Under the pieces are notes generated by a model, which did not search any database, had not been told where the DNA came from, and was given only the letters and a program-made list of their open reading frames with translations. Positions 49,723 to 61,200 of a stretch of DNA of 64,000 nucleotides are shown piece after piece. How positions within the stretch are numbered: position 1 is the stretch's first letter; each line of letters opens with the position of its first letter. The stretch comes from Blasia pusilla. Its lineage: Eukaryota. A program made the translations under genes and the position numbers. The stretch lies in assembly GCA_050084515.1 (NCBI GenBank), contig CM114271.1:9672001-9736000 (forward strand), given 5' to 3'.

Positions 49723-52700
49723 ATGACGAGAAAGAAAACACAAGAAACCAAGGTAGGGAGCATCACTCCCAAGTCCATCAAGACTCATGCGTCACCATCT
49801 CCACGTCCTCGTTCGGCGAATGAGATAAGGCAACAAGAAATAGAGGAGCGGGAAAGGGAAGCAGATATGCACAGGCAAGAGATTCTAGCAAAACGTGTTC
49901 TGGAGGAGCTTGCTAAGCAAAACACCAAGGCTAAGGCATCGAAGGCCTTGAAGAAAAGAGTCGCGGACGAGAAACGCGAGAAGAAGCATCTTGACGCCTC
50001 TGTGAGGAGAGCAAAATTGGCAAAATCTCGAAGAGAAAAAGCAATCGCCATTGAAGAAAGCCTTGCCCGTCCAATAGAGAGTGTTGAGATGTACGAAATG
50101 TCTCCAATGAGGTCTGGGGACACCATGAATATAAAATAGGCTGAGGAAAACGGCCAAAGTTCAAGTGACGGACGATGAGGTCATGAGGACAACAAGTGTG
50201 GAGATGGTGGAGGTCTATGAAAGTAGGAGAAGAGACCTCGTTGTCTTTGAGCCCTGTGGAAGAAATCGACCTTTATGGGATCGATGAGTTTCCCGTGGAC
50301 TTGCCTGCTGGTGTCTTAGAGCAGTTGGCGAGCCTGGACACCGACCCAATCTTTGAGCGGGTAAGAAAAATTTGAGTTATGTGAAGGCTCATTATGCAAT
50401 TCATTGGCAAAACACTGCATGTTATTGACTTGATCCTCATTATGGCAGGTTTTTAAGAACATGGCACTGATGGAGGGCTAGAACGCCTCAAGAATTCCAC
50501 TCTGTCAATTGCGGACAATGGAGTACGTCCGCGAAATTCAGTCAGAGGAGGATATTGCAAAGCTAAAACAGTTGGCAGCGACTGCATCCTACGTCGACAA
50601 CTTCCCTCCGTTCTATGTTCAGCCTTACGATGAACATGGAACCCAAGCGCAAGTGATGGAAGAGGACTTAGAGGAGCTGGATACTTTTTGGAGGATGAGA
50701 GATCAGGAGTTCAGAAGAGCGATTGAAGGAACCAAATTTAGCAGGATGCGGAACCTTTACTTCTTCATCTAGGATGGAAACCACAAGTACATGGCATGGA
50801 CGCAGTTTGTAGAGGAGCGCCCAAATTAATTGGAGGTGCATTTTTGCGTGAAGGCAGTAGTGCTCCATCCATTTCCTCATCACATGGAAACGGTGGAAAT
50901 GGAAATACATGCGATGAATACGTAAGTTTCCTCTTCCTTAAGTTTGATTGCTTCAACCCATTGGAGTCAGACAGGTTGAATAATTGGAAAGCTTAAAGAT
51001 TTGAGTCTCTTGCGACCATCCTGTTTGTGGTCAATGTCATAGTCAAGCAATCCGTCGGAGTCCGACGGGTTTCCTGGTGGCCAAGGACAACATCGACAGG
51101 TGGAAAAATGAATGCATGATTTGTTTGTTCTGCAATCAGCTAGACTCTGACGAGTTGCACAACGAGAGGTAACAAATCATTGGGCATCTAAAAGCAACTC
51201 GTCAGAGTCCAACGAGTTGCTGGACTGTCCGGTATCTTTTGGATATTTTTGGCCGAAAGAAACTCGTTGGACTCCGACTGGTTGCATTTCTTCCATGTGT
51301 TACCATTTTGACCCCCATGGGTTGACAGAATTGCGACCCATTGGAGTCCGATGGGTTGCACAAACCCGATAGCCGCAGTGTTCTTACTTTGTGTTTGGAT
51401 GTGCATGGTTGTATTCGAGGGGAACATCACCCACCACTAGATCCACGATTGCGACATGGTAAATAAGGTGCTTACGACGCACCCGACAGAGTATAAGGGA
51501 TTCCTGGGCAACGGTCTGGTGAATGAGATGCTCGCAAAGGGAGCTCAAATAAAAAAGAAGACTTGGGCAAATACCTTCATTTCCCAAGATGCAGCCATCA
51601 CAATCCTATGTTGGTCCAAGATCTAGGCCGTCAAGAAGAGTGCGTCGTTGGAACTAGAGCGAAGGGAAAACGTGTATGCGTCGAAACGTGCAAAGTTTAT
51701 TTTGGCTGCTGTATCTGTAGCTACAAAGTACATTGCAAGCAAGATGCAGCGATACATTGCGATTCTCAACCACGAACTTGGCCCAAACTTTTACAAGGAG
51801 CTCAAGGCGATAATCAAGCGCCAACGGAAGAGAGACGAAGATCCACAGGGTTGGATTGGCGAGAAAGTGTCTCTGGACTGTGTGCACAGATTTGCGTTGT
51901 CTGGGATATCCAAGTTTCCGGAGAATTTGACAAATGAAAATCAGTCTCGAGGGCACTAAGGCCCAAAAGCGGGCGGCACACCATCCTCAGAAAATTTCAG
52001 ATCCAGTGATCTCCCATTGGCTACAGGAATGGTCATTCTGGGACGCATTACACCTTCTCAAGAAGTCCATGCTCGTGGGTCTTCAAGCGGAGCTGAAGAA
52101 GATTGAGCCAGTTCCAAAGGAAGCAAACCTAGAGGCTACAAAAGATTTTGAACTATGGCTTGATGACATCATAGATAAGCCCACGAAAAACCCAGGATTC
52201 AGGATGATGTTCGAGAATCACATCCTCCCTTAGGCAGACATGGATGAGGAAATAGAAGACAAAAAAATGGGATTTTGCAAAGAAGAAGCGGGATCTTCAG
52301 GACCAAGCTGCCAAGTCATCTAAAAAAAGAGCTCCCTAGCGGATGGTGTACAGGTACCTCATCAATTGTAAGAATGCAAGAACCTGGCAAAAATTATCGG
52401 CAGCTTGCAGATTGTGGGCTTCTGCGCCTGATGGAGAGGCATTCTCCATGTACGACATGAAGATGGGACAAGGCATGTCCGACTAGGAGGTTAACAATTG
52501 TCCAATCTGGTTGGACTTCAACGACCTAGAGGACATTACAGAAAAAAATCTATGCGTGGTGTATGATGCAATGGTCGCAAGTAGGGACGACATTCCAAAC
52601 TTCGTGCAACTCGAGGATTTTTGAAGGATATGCAAAGGAGCAAGCCCTCGAGACAGCAAAGTTGGTGGGCAAGGTCGTCACCACCAAAGACAAATCCACA

Positions 52701-54784
52701 ACGGGTTTGAGGAAGATGAGGGGATCGAGGAATTCCGAGGCGGAGTCTTCCAGAAAAGAAGCCGAGTCCTCAAGGCAAGAGGCGGAATCTTCCAAGAGAG
52801 CATGGCGAGAGGGCCGGACGAGGTCCTCATCCAAGAAAACTCCTTTGGAGTCTGAGGTAACAGAGACTCCCACAAGCCGACAGCAGACTTGAGAGAAGCG
52901 TATGGTTCGTTTGAGGGAGGAGATAAGGATGTGAAATACACTCCATCATCCTTGGGCAGACATAGGGAAACAACCACTAGGACAAATTTCCTTGTTCACT
53001 TGACTCATCTTGTCAATGAGCTGTAGAGTTTCAGTTCTCGGGAGTCGACACCTACCATTGACAAGTTGACCGTGCTGGGATGGAAACTCCTTCAAACGGG
53101 CACGCCCCCTAGACGGTGCATGGGGTTGTTGAGGAGGTGGCGGTGGACCTCCTCATTGCGGATTTTCCTTCTGGGTTTTGCTTGTGGGACAACAATCCGT
53201 CTGACACTGTCCCAGACTGGAATGTCCCGCTTTCGTACAACCAGATCGCGCTGTTGTTCTCTTTTGCCGACGCGTATTTGAGTGACAGGGGTTGTTTCTT
53301 GGTCCTCACTAGATGGAGCAAAGATGAGCTCTTCAACCTTCAGTGCGTGAAGAGGTCGCTAAAGTGGAGGACCGTGCAATCATGGATAATTAAAAATGAG
53401 TACCCACTCCGATCGGCGACCAGTCAAGTCCAAATAAGTTCTCTTATTCAACGAGTTTTGTTTAACAGAAATTCAACCCGTCGGGCTCCAACGAGTTGTA
53501 TATGTGCATGCAACCCATCGGATCCCAACAACTTGTGTCTGCGGTGTTGCAATCCGTTTGAAAGTGACGGGTTGCAAATTCTTAGTATCCGAGTCTCCAT
53601 AGATTGCAACCCGTCGAAACCCGACGGGTTGTAAGTAGCATTGCTTTTCCATGTTTCTATAGTGATGCAACCCGTATGAAAGCGACGGGTTGCTCTTATA
53701 TTAGGAGCTCAACTCTGAACAATTGTATCAAGTTATAAGCCAACCATCGCACTCGGAACGGTGGAGCTTCTGTCCAGCAAGATGAGCAACCTGTCGGTTT
53801 CCGATGGGTTGCTCATCTATCACGCCTATTGGCCCATTTTGGACGAGTTGGTAATTACTATGGACTAGTATGACAGGTTGAAAAGCAACCCGTCGGATCC
53901 CGACAGTCTGCACATTGTGTCAGTTTATGGAGAGTATAGCAGCGGTCTACTAGCTTTTTCTTTTTGCTGACATTATTTTTTACTTGCTTGTTACAGATGG
54001 ACCACTCATTTTTCTATTGCTTTGTAAGGCCCGAGCACAACTTCCAGGTGTTCTAGATCCCGGATCCATGCTCCGATGGGTACAACTTAGATAGTCTCTA
54101 CAATTCCCCCCCCGGGAATTTACATGCAAGATGGGACCCCCTTACTTGGAGGGAGGGAAAAGTCACCTGCCTTGATGCAAACACTCATTAAGCCCTGTTC
54201 GAGGCCGGGTGACTTGGCCTTTGACTTAGTGGGCCTATCAGGGGCGAGTATCACAGGCGCTTGGCACAGTGGCAAAGGCGGATTGTGAGATGCTAGTGGG
54301 AGTATACAACTCTCCTCCAAAGCCAACAGCTCCGGTTTCAGAACCACCATTGATAGTGATACCATCGTCACTTCCTACTATTCCAAAAATCAGGAGGGCA
54401 AAGCCGAGAGTAATTCTGGACGAGCTATAGGACGATGACAAGTGAGTTTAAAGATTTATTGGACCCATCTTGACTGAAGCGTTTTGGAGTAGGGATTTAG
54501 TGCTTTCCAAGGACGGAGCACATATTGATACTGGATGGGTGTCACCTTGCAGAGCATACAATATTTACTACCGAAGAAGGCGTTGGGACTCAAATCATTT
54601 TACATGGGACCGTTATGGTGTACCTAGGGGGGGGCCAAGGCTCTCGAATTCCCCAACATTTTTGATCCCCGTCTACAATCGGCTAGAGGAGCCACTTGTA
54701 TCCCAAGACATTCCTTTTGTACAGGAACCTAGGAGAATTAGGAGTAAATTTGTAGATGACGAGGCTAAAGAAATCTTAGACTAG
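49723..54784 (+). pseudogene. Gene A, copy 5, full length; exons approx. 49723-50360, 50449-50921, ~51408-53436, 53997-54784
   Basis: MTRKK start; gtaag donors at 50361 and 50922; acceptor ttacag|atggaccac at 53996; ParB-like and methyltransferase motifs; many premature TAG codons. Confidence 0.8.
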
Positions 54785-56126
54785 ATCAAATGTACATTTC
54801 CAAGCTTTCCTCGGATGAAATAAAGGACACGAAGTTTTTGAACCATCATGGTTTTTGTAAACTCCTGCTGAATTGTTTTTCGTTCTTGTCAATTGTGTTG
54901 GTCTATGTACTGGAGGGTGTTTATTTTGCAACTTGTCACAATATTTTAAACCCCTTGCAGGCAACTTGTCGGATTCCGACAGGTTGGCTGCTTGAGTGAT
55001 CCCACTCTTTTCTTGTTAGTCCAACTCTTCATGCATTTTGGCAGGCTTCTTCACTTTTGCCTCAATCCCCCATTTCGTCATACCATTTTTCTCTAACACA
55101 GTATTTCAGACACGTGTTGGATTCCTACTACCTGACGGATTCTCATGTCAAATTCCCAACCTATCGGATTCTCATGGGTTGTAGGGTGGAATGGAATCAC
55201 TTCTCAAGATCCTTCTTTGTTGTAGTATGCTTGCTTGCAAGGGGTGCAACCCATCGGATTCCGAAGGGTTGCAAGAGTTACAACCTGTCGGATTCCGACG
55301 GGTTGGAATGGGTGCAACCTGTCGGGTTCTGCCATTTAGGGTATGAATGAAGGGACATGGGTGCATCATTCCTTCTTTACTCCTGACAGCTATCAACCTT
55401 TTGCTTCAATTTTCCTCTCAGTCTGATCACATTTTCTTCTTGATGCATACATTTATCAATGGCTGAGAGAATGGTGGAACCAAGTTGTCAAACGCACAGC
55501 AGTCCATGGTATACTTTATGCATCCATTCATGAGCCAACATCATCCAATGCTGTCATGAAAGTCTTCGGCTACCATCAGTGATGAGTGATTTGTTCTGTT
55601 GTGGAAAACCCCCTCATGGATGAGTATTGATTGGATGGGATATTTAATGCAAGAAAAGTCAACAATCCATAATGTCAACCACATCTTCAAGGAAAATAAA
55701 CCTTAAAGGGCACAGGAGTCTATTGAGACCATAGTTAGAGTCTTTATTTGAACCTTTCATTGAGATAAAATTGCTACTTCTGGTCAAATTATCTACCGAT
55801 GGTCCTCCAACAATAATACCCCTCTGCCCGGCTTACTGTAGAGGTGGCTTAGACAAGCAATGTGAAGAAAATTGGGCTCACATTGAGAGTGATGGAAGGA
55901 TGTTTGTAGTGGTCTTATGATGTCTGGTGAAGTAACCTTCTTTTTCCAAGCGTGGAAAAAGAAGGTTACTTTAGGCCCTAATGTGGTCCACTTGCTACTC
56001 TCTTCAAAAGATTTCATGAGTTTGAAAGCAAACAAAAAATTAAAAAATGTCAAAATTTTTTGAAGAGAGGAGGCGGATTCGGACATATTTTTTGAATAGA
56101 GACTCTCCTCTCTTCCTCCAGCCCCC

Positions 56127-58113
56127 GAAGGATGGCAATATTATGTCTCTATCCTTCCTAATGGTGATCTGTATGGCTTTGGAGACCAAGATGCACCTCA
56201 CAATGGGAAGAAAGCAATTAATCCATTGGATAGATGCTCAACTACTTGTGTCCTTGGAAATCAACATGCATCTCTATCATATGTGACAAATGTCTATAAC
56301 CACTACAAAATTCATGAGCATGGCTTGAACTGGGATGATGTGAATAGGACTGATAAGAAAAATTGGGCTAGGCCTCAACGAATTGCTTCAAAGAGAGTAC
56401 AAGCTTGTTTGCAGGATATGTTTGAGAGAACGGATGTTCGCCATGACAAAAGCCTAGGGACCCAACTATATTTGGAGGCTTGTGGTAATTACATTGATAT
56501 TTTCTTCTCACGTAAGCATGACTTGAGGAGTCGTGTAGTTTAGGCATCTAAAGTGTCGTGGTTCTTTCGACTCTGGAGACTTTGGCTGAGACATGGTGAT
56601 CATTCTGTGACAGGGAGTGTAGGATATGTGCCAGAGAAGAATATGATATCAGTGCAAGCTTTCCATGATCTTGCCATTTTATTGTATTACTAATGTGTTC
56701 TTTTCGTGACAAGTATCCATACTTGCAAGTTCCATTTCACCTCCTAGGATCTAATAATTGTGAGATCTTCTTCAGCAAGGTAGGTGGAATGAGTGGCCAT
56801 GAACGGAACTATGATTTTGGGTCTTTTTTGGATAGTGCAATGGGATTGAATAGACCGGCTGGCTTGGAACTTGGACCAGAATGATTAAAGATTGGTCTGT
56901 CTCATCCAAAGCAAGATCACGTGTGGGAAACTCTCCATCAGTTAGGTATAAGATAAGATGCTCCTAACTTGTTTGACTATTCATTAATTCAGACTAATAA
57001 GATAGTAGTTCATGCCCTTAAAGAGGGTTTGGATGAAGCAAAATCAATATTGAGCAGATTGAGTATGTCTCCTAGGTCCTCTTTGCCTACAAGTCAGAGG
57101 CGATGGTGGTTGCATCCACAAGATATGGAGGCAGAGACGTGGCTTGATTCTGCTGTTATAAATGAGACAGTTGCATGTGATGACTCTGAGGATTTCGTTG
57201 AACATACACCAACAGTAGGCCCTTGCCCACCCAAGGAGTCTAGTGTTGATGAAACACAAATTGATGACCCAATGCAAAGGGATTTCAATAGTCTTGATGC
57301 TTGGGAAAGTGATGCACCAACCTTTGTTGAGTCTAGAGTGATTGGTGAGGACTTGGTTGAGGATGCAGATAACAATCCCTCCATAGAGACAAAAATATTG
57401 GGACATGAGGTAAGGCATGTATTCAGTTCAATTCTGCAAGAGTGCACAGATGGAGTTCCCCGTCAGGTTGTGCCTACTGTGATATTTGAGGGCAAAATAT
57501 ACTACAAGTCCACTTTGGTGAGTGATTGGGCCTGCAATCCTTTCATTTCTAAAAAGATAGGCTAACATGGATGTCACAGAAAACATATTACACTATAGGT
57601 AAGGTAAAAGAACCAAGTAATCTAGATTTCCCAACTTGTTATGTTGACATTGGAAGTGATGTAGCTGTTTTGTTTGAGTCTACTACACAAGTTGGACCTT
57701 CTACTAGATCAAGTAAGTCAAAGAAGAGAAAACAAAAAGACTTGGATGAGAACAGAATAGTCCCTACAAAAGAGTTTTGGTTAGGTCGCATTCTATTCAT
57801 CAAACAAAAATACGGTAGTCAATGGGGTAGATGTAGATCTCCTATTGATCTTTTGGACTGACTTGTCCCAAAAGATGGACAGACAGGCAGTGTTTGTCAG
57901 ATATTGTGCATTTGGTATCGGCGCATAGGTAAGAGCAACACCTTGTTCACATATGATGCATGTGATGGCCAATATATTGACATTTAAATGGTGATTTCAA
58001 ATGTGAGCTTATCCATGAAGCCAAGTCTTACATCCAAGACATATGAATTGGATAACGGTGATTTACAAGTGATCAATGATTACATCCGCAGCCTGTCATC
58101 TTTTGCCATGTAA
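56127..58113 (+). pseudogene. C-terminal half of the P-element-like transposase
   Basis: GDQDAPHNGKKAINPL; DVNRTDKKNW; GTQLYLE; FFRLWRLWL; HLLGSNNCEIFFSKVGG (catalytic Glu region). Confidence 0.6.
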
Positions 58114-58238
58114 TGTGCATGTTATAGTGTGAAGTCATTTTCTGAGCTTATGATAGGCTAGTTTTGGGAGGGGATAGGTTGGGGGGATGACGGCTTGGCT
58201 ATATGAGCATCATGCCCATACTGAGGTTCAATTCATCT

Positions 58239-61200
58239 GGGGGCAGGTATTCTGGCAAGAGAGAGTAAGAGAGGAGAGGAAGAGAGGAAGAGAGGAGAGT
58301 CTCTCTTCAAAACTTTTTGACATATTTGAATTTTTTGTTTGCTTTCAAATTCATGAAATCTTTAGAAGAGAGTAGGTAGTGGTCCACATTTGGCCCTAAA
58401 AAAAATTCCTTTTTCCTGGGGGCGAAAAAAAAGTAGACATCATAAGACCACTACAAACATTTTTCCATCACTCTCCATGTGAGCCTAAGTTTCTTAACAT
58501 TACCTGTCTCGGTCTACAAAAAGCAGTGCCCATGGGTATTTTTGTTGGAGGACCACCCGGATGCCAACCTCTCTTTTTGCAGGGATTGTTGCCTGCATCA
58601 TGGCCTCCCCTGAATTGCCCCATAACCAACTTTCTCTTGGTTATGAATGGTGTCTGCTCAAGACCAACTTTGTGAAATATGAACACATGAGAGGATAATT
58701 GAACCAAAAGATTGTTAGCTGTTTGGAGTAAAGAGGAACTAATGTCCCTTCATTCAGATCCTAAGGCTGAGAAACCGAGAAGCTGCACCCCTCCCAACCC
58801 GTAAGAAAGCTCACCATAAGAAAGGAAAGATTTTTAGAAGTGATTTTCTTCCACCCTGCACCCACGACGATCTAACAGGTTGGGAATCCGAAATGGCAAT
58901 CTGATAGGTAGTAGGAATCCTGCACATCTTAGACAAGAAAAGAAGCCTACAACTGGTTTGACGAATGTAGGGGAACGAGCCAAACGTTAAGAAGCCCGCC
59001 ACAATGCGTCAGAAGTTGGTCTCACAGGGAAAGAGTCTGATCACTCAAGCAGTCAACCCGTCGGAATCCGACAGCTTGCCTAGAAATGGTTAAAAAGTTG
59101 CAGTGGGCAAAAAGCAAAAAGTTGCAACCCGTCGGAATCATACGGGTTGCAAAATTGTAATTCTGAGTAGCTAAAAGAACACAATCCACAAGTCCAACAA
59201 AATATTCCATCAAACTTTTGCAAACACCATTATGGGTTGAAAAAATCTCGTCCTTTATTACCTCCGAAGGAACCTCGGAAATGTACATTTGACCTAGTCA
59301 ATGATTTCTTCAGCCTTGTCATCTACAAATTTACTCCTAACTCTCCTCGGTGACAGTACAAAAGGAATGTCATGGGATACAAGTGGCTCCTATGGCTGAT
59401 TGTAGACGGGGATCGAAAATGTTGGCGAATTTGAGAGCCTTGGCCCCCCCCTAGGTACGCCATAACGGTCCCATGTAACCTGATTTGAGTCCCACCGCCT
59501 TCCTCTGCAGTATACCTTGTACGCTCTACAATGTGACACCCATCCAGTATCAATATGTGCTCCGTCCTTGGTAATACCATGATGGCAATCGCACAGGTAG
59601 TAGGAATCCAACACGTCTGAGAGAAGAAAAGAAGCCTACGCCTGCCTTTACGAGTTGAGGGGAAGCTGCCAAGGGAAGAAACCCGCCAGACTGCCTCTTA
59701 AGTTGGACCAACAAGGAAAGAGTCCGATCAGGCAACCTGTTGAAATCCGACAGGTTGCCTGGAAGTGGTAAAAAGGTGCCGTCGTCAAAAAGTGAAAAGT
59801 TGCAAGCAGGAGAAATCCGACGGGTTGCAAAATAGAAGTTCGCGGAGTACAAAGACGATCACATTCGAAAAGACATAAAAAATGTTCAGAAAACTACAAC
59901 CGGAGCTCTCGGCTTCGGTGGAGAGTTATACGCCCCAACGAGCCTCTCGTATTCTGCCTTTGCCTCCTTGCAAAGGTCAAACAGTTCCTGCCTTCCCTCA
60001 AGGCAAAGAATGTTCCTGCCACTCTCCCAAGCGCCTTTGATACTTGCCCCTGAAAGTCCGACTAAGTCGAACACCAAGTCACCCGGCCTTCAGCAGAGCT
60101 CGATGAGCGTTTGCATCAGGGCTGGCGATTTTTCCCTTCCTCCCAGAAGTGGGGTACTGTCTTGCATGTAAATTCCCGGGGGATTGTACAAACTATCTAA
60201 GCTATACTCATCTGAGCATGGATCCACAGGATCCTGGATCTTGAACACCTGGAAGTTGTGTTGGGGCCGAACGAAGCAGTACACGTAGGAGTGGTCCATC
60301 TGTAAAGAAGCACGTTGGAAACAATGTCAGCAACTAAAGAAGTCGGCTTGACCCTAGAGAACTTTTTCAATTACTAACTTTGGATCAACCTGTCAGAGTC
60401 CGACGGGTTGTTTGAAGAGCTCGTCCTCGCTCCCTCCAGTCAACATCAAGAAGCAGCCCCTATCACTCAGATAGGCGTATGCAAAGGAGAACAATAGCGC
60501 GATTTGGTCATAAGAGAGCAAAGACATTCGTCAGTATTTCGTCCGACGGATTTCGCCCGATATCGCAACCCCGAGGGGCGGATCAGCGATCAAGAGATCC
60601 ACCGCAACATCTTTGACCACTCCATTCACCGTCGAGGCAGCGTGCCCGTTTCGTTAGAGCTTCTGTCCCAGCGTTGTCAATTTATCAATGGCTAGTGTCG
60701 ACGCTTGAGAACTGAAGCTTTTCAGCTCATCCAATAAAGGAGTGGACTGAAGGAGGAGGCTTGTCCGGGTCGTTGTTTGTCTGTGTCTTCCCAAGGATGA
60801 TGGACTGTATTCTCCTTGGGACAACCCTGGCACCTCTCGCTTCCGCTTCTCCCGAGTCTGCGAACGGCTTGTCGAGGTCTCTATGACCTCATACTCTGGT
60901 GGGGTTTTTTTCGCCGAGGACGTGGTCCGACCCTCTCTCCCCGCTCGCCCGGACGATTCCGCCTCTGGCCTTGAATCTTCAGCCTCTCTTTGGGAAGACT
61001 CGGCTTCGGAATTTTTCCCTCCCCTTGCCTTGCCTTTGAGACCCACTGTGGATTTGTCTTTGGTTGTGCTGACCTTGGAAGCCAACTCAGTTGTCTCGTA
61101 GGCTTGCTCTTCTGCATCTCCTCTGAAGAAGTCTTCAGGCTACACAAAATTGGGAATGTCGTCTTGTCCTGAGGCCACTTCATCATGAAGCACTCGTAAA

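Larger units (their letters stand above)
42151..56126. mobile_element. Mutator-like element copy 5: gene B on minus (exon 2 lost, retroelement inserted), gene A on plus, right terminus
   Basis: Inverted relative to copy 4; ends ...agccccc at 56126. Confidence 0.85.
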
